From: Malacoraja senta | Lineage: Eukaryota | Direction: 5' to 3' | Assembly (NCBI GenBank): GCA_038087875.1 | Contig: JAXLNO010003952.1 | Location: forward strand, 62,001-126,000 | Length of the DNA stretch: 64,000 nucleotides | Part shown: positions 11,310 through 23,090 of the stretch, in pieces | How positions within the stretch are numbered: the first letter of the stretch is position 1 | How the letters are laid out: every line of letters begins with the position of its first letter | Program-made: the position numbers and the translations under genes | The notes under the pieces: generated by a model | What the model saw: only the letters and a program-made list of their open reading frames with translations | Told to the model about the DNA's origin: nothing | Databases searched by the model: none

Positions 11310-12377
11310 CTGGGGCTGAGGTAGGGGTGGAGGATTTGTGTTGGGGAGAGTGGATGGAAGGGAGAGGCAATTTACAAATCAGTTCTCAGCATGGTACAAA
11401 CAGGCATAACAGAACACAACATGGAGCTGTACAGCACAGGAGCAGGTTTAGCTCAGAGATACAGCGCGGAAACAGGCCCTTCGGCCCACCGAGTCCGCAC
11501 CGACCAGTGGTCCCCGCATATTAACACTATCCTACACAGACTACTTTTCTTTTCCAGCTTTCTCCACTCTACCCCATCACTCTAAATGGTCCTGGTCTCA
11601 TATGTTTTCTGTCCATTTTTCCACAGCATGCTGCCTGACTCGTTGAGTTCCTCCTGTTTGTTTTAAATTCAGATTGGCAGCATCTGCAGTTTGCTGTGAC
11701 TCCATCTTAGCACAATGGATGATCAATGTGGATTCAGTGAGCAGAAGGGCCGGTTTCCATGATGTGTGACTCAATGACCCATGGTCTATATACTGAGGGC
11801 ATGGACTAACCTCAAGTGTTATGGGGGGGGAGCTTTACTGTTGCGGATGTAACACTAAAGGAGTTCTGCTGTGTCAGAAGGGTGGAACTCAGATTCTGCA
11901 CTGTCGTACATAAAGAACAGAGGAAGAAGTGCATTGTCAGATGGGCAATGCTACAGAGCCAACAGGTCAGTCTGAAGGTTAAGGCAATGCAGATGGGAAG
12001 TACATCAAGGCTGTTGCACTGTGTGGGATTGCTACACCCTCTGAGGATTGTTGCCAATATTGAGGGGATGCTGGATTAACACAATATTATTACTGAGGGA
12101 ATACCTCATAGTCACCATCAACCAGCTTAAATCAAGATCCCATCTCTAGATGATCAGGCTATAAATAAACTAATGGTTTCTCCCTCATTCCAGCCCAACA
12201 AAACAGATGATCCAATCCATCCACTTATTACTGGTGTTGAATATCAAATGCTTAACCCATAAAGAGACTATCACCAGCCAACTGTTATGACTGTGTGTTC
12301 AGCAGTTAGGACACATTAAATATAGACGATGGGCCGTGTCTCTATCAAAATGTTATGGAGTAAATGTCTGAAACAGC

Positions 12378-13000
12378 ATCAATGGTGCTGAAGTGAAAAA
12401 GGTTGAGAGTTTCTGGTTCCCCTACTGCCTCAGGAGACTAAGGAAATGCGGCATCTCCAATGACTCTTACAAACTTCTACAAATGTGCCATAGAAAGCAT
12501 ACTGACAGGTTGCATCACAACTTAGTTTGGAAAGAGTTCTGCCCAAGACCGCTGGAAATTGCAGAGAGGTGGAGATGTAGCACAATCGATCACACAAACA
12601 TGATTCCCCACCAGTGAATCCATCTGTATTTCAACTGGTTCAGGAAAGCAGACAACATAATCAAAGATTTGTCCCGTTCTGGTCACTCCTTCTTCCTGCA
12701 GAAGGTACGTAAGCATTAAAGCGTGCACCACCAGACTCAGTAACTGTTTCCTCCCCTATGTTATCAGGTTTCTGAACAGTCCTCCCTTATGCTAGGGTTC
12801 ACCTCAACCCCATTGTAGACACTGGACTTTGTCTCTGGCACTGGTACATTACAATGCTGAGAACTACATTCTGCACTCTTTGCTCTACCTATTGTACGAG
12901 TTTGGTTTGATTGTATTTATGAATAGTTTTCTTTGATGTGATTGACTAATGCAAAAAAAGTGTATCAGAGAATCATGTGTCAACAATAAAAGTAAAACAA
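12378..13000 (+). mobile_element. Rex1/Babar LINE 3' fragment
   Basis: Degenerate LRRLRK.G...L..FY.C.IES.LT.CIT...G motif set and ...gtgtcaacaataaa tail. Confidence 0.8.
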
Positions 13001-13054
13001 AATCCATCTGTGTCATCACTGAGTGTCTACCCCAGGTCCGCTCACGACACTTAC

Positions 13055-13315
13055 TCGAGATACCATGTTGCTGTTGGTAGACTATCTCAGCATTTCCTCT
13101 GACAATCCCACGAAAACCTGCAACTGTGATGGCCATTGAATCCCAGTGATCCTGCGGGAAAGACTGGGCCATCCATCGCTGTCTGGGAACAGCCCGCTCT
13201 AGTGTGCTGTCAAAATATGCTATCTGGACGTCATCCAGCATTGCTACCATACTGTACTCAGGCAGCTCATTCAATCCATGGTTCAACAGGTAGTAAAATG
13301 CAAGATGGTGTAAAT
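13055..13315 (-). CDS. MHC class I-like exon 2, alpha1 domain
   Basis: 261 nt, tgcag|AT...TCG A|GTAAGT; DLHHLAFYYLLNHGLNELPEYSMVAMLDDVQIAYFDSTLERAVPRQRWMAQSFPQDHWDSMAITVAGFRGIVRGNAEIVYQQQHGIS, open frame. Confidence 0.93.
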
Positions 13316-13506
13316 CTGCAATGCATAAACAAAAATAAGTATGATTGTATCATTCACTGAAAATAACTAAGTTATTAATGCTAAAACTGATAACAATACA
13401 ATAACTTTGAATAAGGGAGTCACAAGGACCTGCAGATGCAAGTGCTGGATGAACTCAGTGGGGCAGGCAGCATCAATAATCAGGTGACAATTTGGGTCAG
13501 GAGCCT

Positions 13507-13812
13507 TTAGTTTAGTTTTTAGCTTAGAGATACAGCATGGAAACAGGCCCTTCGTGCGAGTCCACACTGACCAGCAACCCCCACACAATAACACTATCCT
13601 ACACACACTAGGGACAATTTACATTCTAGACCAAGCCAATTAACCTACAAACCTATACGTCTTTCGAATGTGGGAAGAATCCGAACATCTCGGGAAAAAC
13701 CCACACGGTAATGGGGAGAATGGACAAACTCCGTACAGACAGCATCCGTAATCAGGATCCAACCTGGGTCTATGGTGCTGTAATCGAGTAAGTCTACCGC
13801 TGCACCACTGAG
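13507..13812 (-). mobile_element. HE1/HER1-like V-SINE
   Basis: Reverse-complement copy of the same consensus. Confidence 0.85.
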
Positions 13813-16800
13813 CCTTCTTCAAGAGTTGGCATGATGGGCTCTGATACCTACTCCACCAATTATGGTCGAGGTATTGAATGATCCTACTGGATTGTTTCCC
13901 ATCTTCAAAGATCTATTATTGTCTATCATGTCGATAGGTTCTACTAGTTACAATATTCCAAAATTTGAAGAATATTTTATTATATTAAGAAACTGGACAA
14001 TGTCAAGGAGACTTTATAGAATCATAGAGAGGTAAAGTCAAAGAGTCATACAGCAGGGAATCAGGGCCTATGGCTCAACTTGCCACACCAACCAACATGC
14101 CTCATCTACACTGCCTGTATTTCATCAGTACATAAGTTCTAGGAGAATAATTAGGCCATTCAGCCCATCGGCCATTCAATCATGGCTGAGCTATCTCTCC
14201 CTATCAACCTCATTCTCCTGCCTGCACCCCATAACCCTTGAAACCCATACTGATCAAGAATCTGTTAATCTCCACCTGAGAAATATCCATTGATGTGGGC
14301 TCTACAGCTGACTGAGGCCCATATCCTTATAAGCCTATCCTATCCATGTACCTGATTAAATGATTCTTAAATGTCGTGATAGTACGCGCCTGAACTACCT
14401 TCTCCGGCAGTTCATTCAGTACACCCACCACCCTTTGTGTAACAATGCTATGCCTCAGGTTCCTATTAAATCATTCCCCCCTCATCTTAAACTTATGTCC
14501 ACTGGGTACAGCACATAAAAGGCCCTTTAGCCCACCAAGTTCGTGGTGACCATCAAACACCTATTTATACCTGTGGTACGCTAACCCTTTTAATATTTGC
14601 CAATCTCCCATTAACACCTCCCTCATCCCCTCCACCAATTCTAATACATATGCATGACCAATTCACACTGGCCAATTTACCTTTCAGCCCGGCATTTTGG
14701 GGACGTGCGGGGAAACTGGAATAACCATAGCAAACACACGTTTGCAGGGGGGAAAAAAAGCCAGGTTGTAAGAGATCAGGATTGAGTCCAGGTCCTCATA
14801 GGCAGCTGCAACACAGCTCATAGAGATGGGGGGGGGGGGGGGGGGTGGTGGAGACTGAGATAAACAGGGCCTAAATTGAAACTCGACACAAAATACTGGA
14901 GTAACTCAGTGGGTCAGGCAGCATCTCCGGAGAAAAGGAAAAGGTGACGTTCCGTGTCGAGACCCTTCTTCAGAATGAGAGTCAGGGGACAGAGAACCGA
15001 GAGATATGACAAAGTACAATGAAATATATGCACCCCCGACTCTGTCTGATGCAGTGTCTTGACCTGAAACTCCACCTATTCCTTTTCTCCAGCGATGCTG
15101 CCTGACTTGCTGAGTTACTCCAGCCTTTTGTATCTATCTTCGGTGTAAACCAGCATCTGCATCAGCAGTCAGAAGAAGGGTCTCGACCCGAAACGTCACC
15201 CATACCTTCTCTCTAGGGATGCTGCCTGTGCCGCTGAGTTACTCCAGCTTTATTGTCTATCTTCGGTTTAAATCAGCTTCTGCAGTTCCTTCTTACACAT
15301 CTGCACTTCCTTCCTACACTTGTGTCAACTGAAACATCACCTAACCATGTTCTCCAGACATACTGCCTGACCTGCTGAATTACTCCAGTATTTTATGTGT
15401 ATTAACCAGCATGTGCAGTTTCTTGTTTCCACATGCATAAGCAGTATTTGTTCTGTGATAAAGATTACATGCAGCACACCAGACAGTGTCAAAGTTCATG
15501 TGTTTAAGTGAAGTGAGAAGGGGCCCCGAGGGCAGAGTTAGAAGTGTCTGTTTCAGTGTTACCAGGAGAAACATAAGACGGCTAAGAGTGGAATACAGTA
15601 ACGATAAAATCCATGTGGCTTCGCAAAACACTCCACAGCCAAGGATTTTTGTTTTATATGTTATTATTTCAACATGGCCATCACCATTATATGGTTTCGG
15701 CCCGAAACGTTGCCTATTTCCTTCGCTCCATAGATGCTGCTGCACCCGCTGAGTTTCTCCAGCATTTTTGTGTACCTTCGATTTTCCAGCATCTGCAGTT
15801 CCTTCTTTAACACCATTATATTTACTTTCATTTGATAACAATGGATTAAACTTTCAGGACGAGTAGGTTTGTAATCTCCAAGCCTTGACGAATGTCAGAA
15901 TAGTTAGAAAGGTACCATTGTGTGGGAAGAAATTGCTCATCAGATTCCCATTAAATCTTTTCCCCCTCAATTTAAACCTATGTCCTCTGGTTCTCGATTC
16001 TGTAATCTGTTGAATATGTTGCCCACTTGAAAATTTCCAGATTGAGATTGATAGATTTTTGTTCATTAAGGGTGTAATGGGCTGGAGTTCGGCCACAATG
16101 TCTGTGCCGAACATGATGTCAAGTTCAACTAAACTCTTCATGCTTGTAGATGATTCATATCCCTCAATTCCTGCATATCTACGTGCCTATCCTCAAGCTT
16201 CTTAAATCTCATTATCGTCTTCTGGGGAAGTGGTGATGGGGTAATGGATAGGGTCTGCAGGACAGGAAGCATGCAACAAACAACAAGATGGCAACAACAT
16301 TAACACAACATTGATTGGTCATTTAATGCAGGCTGAATTTTACCATCATGTGGGTGTCTAACACCAGCTGAGGAAATCTTGGAGAGGTGGAACACCTACT
16401 AATGCAGAAGTCACTTCTTTATTGAAAGTGCACATCACCTGAATTCTGTCTGAGGCATTAGTGCAAGGACAGATTGGACAAACATGGATTGTTTTCTCTT
16501 GTATACTGGAGGTTGAAGGGAGACCTGATGAAAGTGCACAACATGGTGAGAGGCACAGACAGAGTGGACAGCCAGAACCTTTTTCCCAGGGTGGAAATGT
16601 TGAAGACCAGAGAACATCACTTTAAGGTTGGAGAAGCAATGTTCAAAGGAGATGAGCGGAGCAAGTTGTTTTATGTGGAGGGTGGTGGACATCTGTAACG
16701 CGCTGCCAGTGGTGGTTGTGGGTGATGGTGGCAGATATAACAGTTACATTTCAGAGGCTTTTAGATAGGTACATAGATAGGCAGGGAATGGCCGGATACA

Positions 16801-17253
16801 GATCACATACAGGTAGAGGAGATTAGTTTAGTTTGTTCGGCACAGACATTGTGGGCCGAAGGTAGACAAAATGCTGAGGTAACAGCGGGTCAGGCAGCAT
16901 CTCTGGAGAAAAGGAACGGGTGACGTTTCGGGTCGAGACCCTTCTTCAGACTGAAGGACTGAAGGACCTGCTCCTGTGCTGTATTGTACTATGTTCTATG
17001 TTCATTATTTACATGTATTCAGTTCTTCTGTTCAATGGATTGCCAAGGTAACCATAGTATATATAACTTCCCACAGGAGCCTTTACAACTAAGGAAAGAC
17101 CGTTACCCAAAATTATTAATACATTCAATTCAATCATTCAATTAATACATCCAAGACAATGAACCCAGGGCAAAACACAGGCACTGTGCAACAGTAAATA
17201 TAATCAGTTTTGTTGTTTCCTCAAAGTTCACAGGTTGAAGCAGTATTGCTTAC

Positions 17254-17305
17254 CAGAGGAGACAGTGGCCACACCGTAAGTGTTCAGTAAGGTAAAAAGA
17301 AGCAT
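17254..17305 (-). CDS. MHC class I-like exon 1, signal peptide (MLLFTLLNTYGVATVSS)
   Basis: ATG at 17303-17305, 52 nt, hydrophobic peptide, phase-1 donor G|GTAAGC; joins alpha1 in frame as SS-D-LHHL; sits just downstream of an SXY-like module. Confidence 0.85.
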
Positions 17306-17408
17306 GTTTAACAGCCGCCCACAGCACTATTTAACCAGCAGAGTAAATGCAGCAACAGTAACATAATCTCTTGTACGTTTTTAACAGAACTCTGGTGTGA
17401 AGGTAATT

Positions 17409-17510
17409 ATTGGTCCATGTATACACAAACCTGATAACCAGATCCAATGGGAATGAGACCACTTGTTCTCGTCACTAATTACCAGTGAATACAGTTTACG
17501 GATTGGGTTT
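17409..17510 (-). promoter_or_regulatory. S-X1-X2-Y (enhanceosome) module plus CCAAT box of an MHC-type promoter
   Basis: On minus: AAACCC (S-like, 17505-17510), 17 nt, CACTGGTAAT (X1-like, 17478-17487), TGACG (X2/CRE, 17470-17474), 21 nt, ATTGG (Y, 17444-17448), then CCAAT (17409-17413); 100-200 nt upstream of the ATG. Confidence 0.65.
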
Positions 17511-19019
17511 TATGGTAGGGATTATATTGGTGTTTTAAGGACAACAATTACAAAATCATATTTCACATAGCATCTTACAGCCGAATAGATGTTTCTCAAA
17601 GTATAATGATTTTACAATTCAGAATGCAGTCAATTCCACAAACTGCAGTGTTAGATAAACCAGACAGTCTACTTTACTGTGTAGGAAGGAACTGCAGATG
17701 CTTGTTTTACTGTAGGCAGATGCAAAAAGCTGGAGTAACTCAGCGGGTCAGGCAGCATTTCTGGGGGAAGGGAATAGGTGACATTTCGGGAAGGGTCTCA
17801 ACACAAATCGTCACCTTTTCCTTTTTCCCAGAAGTGCTGCCTGACCTGCTGAGTTACTCCATCTTTTTATAAGCATAGAAAATAGGTGCATGAGGAGGCC
17901 CTTCGGCCCTTCGAGCCAGCACTGCCATTCATGGTGATCATGGCTGATCGTCCCCAATCAATGCCTGCCTTCTCCCCGTATCCCTTGATTCCACCAGCCT
18001 CTAGAGCTCTATCTAACATTTTTGTGTCTGTCTTTAGTCCACTTTACTGTTATTGCTTAAGTAATAAAAATTGGACAATGCATGTGTAATAATTTCCCAG
18101 CCCTTATTTGAGGTAATACCATGCGTCTTTTTTTTCAGCTGGGAGGAGAGACATGAGCTCAGTTTAAAGTTGTGTCTAGGTGTAAATGTGCAGCCCAGTC
18201 TCAACATCAGTGCAGAAATCTCTCATTGAGCCTTCTGTTAATACATGGCCCTTTACACCATGTCCCACTCACCTGAAAACTATGCTCTCCATTACTTTAT
18301 ATTTACACCCTGTGGAAAAGATTCTGACTCTCTATCCCATCTATGCCTCTCATAGTTTTATATACTTTTATCAACCTCCAGCATTCTAGCGATTACAATC
18401 TAAGTCTGTCCAACCTCTCCTTCCAGCTAATATCTAATCTGTGCATCATTCTGGCAAACCACCTCTGCACAAATTCCATGCTTCCAAATTCATCCTGCAT
18501 TGGGGCAACCAGAAATGCCGATAATATTCTAAAAGTGGCCTATCTGAAGTTCTATTCTCCGACCAGTCTGACTGTCCCCCTGATTAAAAATTATCTATGT
18601 ATGCTTCGTTCACACCTACTCCTGGCTAATAATGATCTATTCTACATTTTCCTTGAACTACATCTCATTTGATGTCATTCTTTCATACCTTACACTTCCT
18701 TATCTCCATGTCTCCCTTTCCTCTTCAGCCTGAAGGGACTCAACCAGAAATGTCAGCCATTCCTTCTATCCAGAGATGCTGCCTGTCCCACTGAGTTACT
18801 CCAGCATTTTGTGTCTATCTTTGAAGTTCCATAAAGCAGCATATGACTTCCTGACTCTTATACTCAATGCTATGAATAGTGTCTTTACCACTCTGGCTTT
18901 CAATTGATTGAAGGCGGAAAGGAGCCAAAGAATTATATAGCAAAAAATCTCTGTGGTGGGACTGGAACAGAATGGTTTTTTTTAAAGCAAAAAAATCAAG
19001 GATATTGTTCAATAAAAAA

Positions 19020-19480
19020 GTAAAATATTTCTTTTCCCGGTATGGCGGGACTAACATATGATGAAAGAATGGACTGACTGGGCTTATATTCACTGGAATT
19101 TAGGATGAGATGGGATCTTATAGACGCATATAAAATTCTTAAGGGATTGGACAGTTAGATGCAGGAAAAATGTTCCCGATATTGGGGGGAGTCCAGAACC
19201 AGGAGTCACAGTTTACGAGTAAAGGGTAGGCCATTTAGGAATGAGATGAAGAAAAACGCTTTCACCCAGATAGTTGTGAATCTGTGGAATTCTCTGCCAC
19301 AGAAGGCAGTGGAGGCCAATTCACTCGATGTCTTCAAGAGAGAGTTAGATCTTAGGGCTACAGAATCAAGGGATATGGGGAGAAAGCAGGAACAGGGTAT
19401 TGATTCTGGATGCTCAGCCATGATCATATTGAATGACGGTGCTGGCTTGAAGGCCATAATTTTCTACTCCTGCACCTGCT
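19020..19480 (+). mobile_element. CR1 LINE 3' end
   Basis: GLTYDERMD.LGLYSLEFR...; VVNLWNSLPQKAVEA; CR1 3' UTR cagccatgatcatattgaatgacggtgctggc. Confidence 0.85.
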
Positions 19481-20315
19481 TTCTCTGTTTCTATATTGCT
19501 GCAGATGGATTGTTAAACGTCCATTCTTTTAAAAGTTCTGCCCCAGTGACTAAAATGCAACAGGTTGTTCATGCCGAGGAATTTGAAGTTCTTCACCATT
19601 CCCACTTCAGCACTCGCACTTCTACAGTATTGATTCTGACTTCAATGTTTCAATGATTCTTTATTGTCACTTATGCACTGCACAGTGAAATTCTTGCTCC
19701 CGTCGCCGTAATTTGGCAGTATTTACAAAAGAAAAAGAAAAAGTCCAATGTCCGGTCCGTATGTTGGATTTACTGGAGCGCCCCCGATCCACGTAAGCTC
19801 AGTTAAACCCCAGGCTATTGCCAGGGGGGCCTCCTCCGTCACCCTCGACCAGCTCGGCCAGCCAACAGACGTCCCTCTCCTCGCCCAACTGGCTCTGTGT
19901 CCCGGGAGGCAACTCCTCTCCTGGAGGTAATACCTCAGTCCCTCTCTTAGCGGCCCATTCCTTGCGTCCGTCGGCGGCAGCGGCTCCCTCCTCCACGACT
20001 CTCCGGGTTTCGGGGCCAAGCTCAGCAGCTTCCACCGGGTTGCTCTTCACACCGGTGAACCAAACCTGCCGCCACATATGGCTGCAGGCGACCGGCCGAG
20101 TCCATCTTCGTTCTCGGCGGCCGCCTGGTCGATTCGTGTTGGGTTCCGTGGGGCGATCCGTGGTCATTTGCTTCTGCCGCTGCGGTGCATCCCAGAAGCT
20201 TATGGCTTGTACACCATCTTCCTTCCAGCAGTCGATAACTAGCTCCTTCAAATTCACCTTGCTGACATTGAGGGAGAGATTGGAGATTCTGCAATAGAAT
20301 AGTGAACATATTTAG

Positions 20316-20625
20316 GGGTGGCACAATGGCGCAGCGGTGGAGCTGCTGTCTTACAGCGCCAGAGACCCGGGTTCGATCCTGACAACGGGTGCTGTCAGTA
20401 AGGTGTTTGTACGTTCTCCCCGTGATCACATGGGATTTCTCCGGGAGCTCTGATTTCCTCCCACACTCCAAAGACATACAGGTTTGTAAGTTATTGTCCT
20501 TCGGTAAAAACAATGGTAAATTGTCTCACCTGTGTCGGATGGTGCTGGTTTATGGGGATCGCTGGTCGGCGCGGACTCAGTAGGATGAAGGGACTATTTC
20601 AGCGCTGTATCTCTAAAACTAAACA
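20316..20625 (+). mobile_element. HE1/HER1-like V-SINE
   Basis: ggggtggcacaatggcgcagcggtgg...ccgggttcgatcctgac...tgtatctctaaaactaaa. Confidence 0.88.
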
Positions 20626-21439
20626 AAATGGTCTGATTTTCTTTTTTGTGTTTTTGGAAGGAATTCTGTCCCTGATTTGTGTATTGGCCTTTATAACTTA
20701 TTTTTTAAATTCTGATTATATGTTAACCATAAATCTCTGTAAGGTGTCCTTGAGACCTCGGTATAAGGCGCCCATAAATAAAATTCATTATTATTCCCCG
20801 CACTTCCATGTGCCTATCTGAAAGTCTCTTAAATCCTACTATCATATCTGCACTACCACCACCCATACAGTGCGTTCCACCCCCCCCCCCCCCCGCCCGC
20901 CCACTGTATAAAGAAACATGCCCTCTACTTCTCCATTAAACCTTCCCCTTTTCACTTTCTAGCTCTGGCCTCTAAAGTTGAGCATTTCCATACTGGTGAA
21001 ATGGTTCTGACTGTCTACGCCTCTCATAATCTGGAGCAACAAACAAACTGCTGGAGCCTAGGGGAACTCAGCGGTCGAGCAGCATCTATGGGGAGGGAGG
21101 AAATTATTGACATTCCGGGATGAGACTCAGCATCAATTTTGTTGTTCCAAATTTGTAATAAAATATCTGTGGACAGCAACCGCCAGATTACTGTAACTTT
21201 GACCACAAGAGGGCACCAGATGCTACAGGGGCAGTGACAACATTGTTATGCACCTCCAGAACAAAGGAGATATTTTACAAAAAGTTTTGCTTCCTGTCAG
21301 TTACGCATCAATTGTCGACATTGTTTAATCCCACTGCAGCATTCACATAATATTTATTAACCACCCTTTTGCAAGCTATAGCTTACACTGAAGATAGACA
21401 CAAAAAGCTGGAGTAACTCACCTGGTCAGATAGCATCTC

Positions 21440-21900
21440 TGGAGAAAAGGTGACATTTCGGTTTGAGACCCTTCTTCAGACTGCGGAAAGGGAAGGGAGA
21501 TATAGACGGTGATGTAGAGAGCTATAGATCAAATCAATGAAAGATTTGCACAAAAGTAATGATGATAAAGAAAACAGGCCATTGTTAGCTGTTTGTTAGG
21601 TGAGAAGGGACTTTGAAGCTGGTACGACTTGGGTGGGGGAGGGATGGAGAGAGAGGGAATGCAGGGATTACGAAGTCAGAGAACTCAATATTCATACCAC
21701 TGGTTGTAAGCTGCCCAAGTGAAATATGAGATGCTGTTCCTCTAATTTGCGTTTGGCCTCACTCTGACAAAAGAGGAGGCCCAGGACTGAAAGGTCAGTG
21801 TGGGAATGGGAAGGGGAAGTAAAGTGTTTGGGAACCGGGAGATCAGGTAGGTCCAGGCGGAATGAGTGAAGGTGTTCAGTGAAACAATCGGCCAGGCTTA
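21440..21900 (-). mobile_element. Penelope-like element fragment
   Basis: Same endonuclease 3' end and terminal repeat as 7240-7680 (gaggaacagcatctcatatttcacttgggcagcttacaacc on minus). Confidence 0.8.
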
Positions 21901-22844
21901 TATCAAGGGCTTATTCAAGTTTTCGTTTTTGGACGGCAGCTTTCTTTTCCAGCTTTCTTCCCCCATACTACAATCAGTGTGAAGAATAGTCCCAACTAAA
22001 AATGTTGTCTGTCCATTCCCTCCACAGATGCTGCCTGACCTCTTGAGTTTCTCCAGCATTCTCTGTTATGCAGTGATAGATCTGTCCCTATCAGTACACA
22101 CTGCTGTGCCAGGACTAAACTGTACTCATCAGTACCATCTCCCAGTGCTACACAGTGGCTGATGACCTGTAAAGCACCAACATGCCTTCCTAACTCAGTC
22201 CCGTACGAAGCTTTTCAAAAAGGGGGGTGGCATGACAGGATCACAAAAAGATTGTAATGTGAAATAATGTGCGCGCTGTGCATGATTGTAATGTGAAATA
22301 ATGTGCGCGCTGTGCACATCACGAGCGTGAAGTGTGAAGTCCCTCGATGCCAGGGTCCAGGGGTTTTAGATGCTCTCTGATGCATTCTGAGCCTTATTTT
22401 GGAGCATTTTTGCATCAAATTCATGACCAATATTTCAGAAATTAACAGGAATCTGAGAGGTAGCTTTTTCACACAAAGGGTGGTGGGTATATGGAACAAG
22501 CTGCCATAGGAGGTAGTTAAGGCTGGGACTATCCTAATGTTTAAGAGACATTTGGACACGTACATGGATAGGAGAGGTTTACATGGATATGGGCCAGATG
22601 CGTGTGAGTGGGACTAGTTTAGATGGGACATGTTGGTCGGTGTGGGCAAGTTGGGCTGAAGGGCCTGTTTCCACACTGCATCATTCTATGACTAAAAAGT
22701 TAAGAAGAAAAATGCATGTAGATAAGTAGAGCAGATTTGAAAGAGGAGTGAAATGTAAAGGTAGAGATAGGTTTATGGGTGGAAAGGAACATAGGAAAGG
22801 AGAGGGGAGAGTGGGCTTGGGCACATGGCTGAAGGGAAAATAGA

Positions 22845-23090
22845 CACAAAGTGCTGGAGTAACTCAGTGGGTCAGGCAGCAACTGTGGAGAACATGGATA
22901 GGTGACATGTCACAGAGTGCTGGAGTAACTCAGTGGGTCAGGCAGCATCTCTGGAGAACATGGATAGGTGACATGTCACAGAGCGCTGGAGTAACTCAGT
23001 GAGTCAGGCAGCATCTGCGGAGAACATGGATAGGTGACATTTCACAGAGTGCTGGAGCAAATCACTGGGTCAGGCAGCATCTCTGGAGAA
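22845..23090 (+). repeat. Tandem x4 array (66-bp period) of the Penelope-associated short repeat
   Basis: Units start at 22845, 22911, 22977, 23043 (cacagagtgctggagtaactcagtgggtcaggcagcatctctggagaacatggataggtgacatgt). Confidence 0.9.

Larger units (their letters stand above)
545..17305 (-). pseudogene. Non-classical MHC class I heavy-chain gene, 6 exons, with premature stop in alpha3 (probable pseudogene or null allele)
   Basis: Spliced reconstruction with GT-AG sites and class I exon phases (1,1,1,1,0): leader 17254-17305, alpha1 13055-13315, alpha2 11034-11309, alpha3 9557-9829, TM 1575-1708, tail 545-595. Hallmarks: LDDVQIAYFDS, VPRQRWM, CGC...GYDGED...W...C164-VKWLRIYL, C1-set C-x-VTGF-x-P...W...DGTYQ...C-x-IEH. 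Confidence 0.9.
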
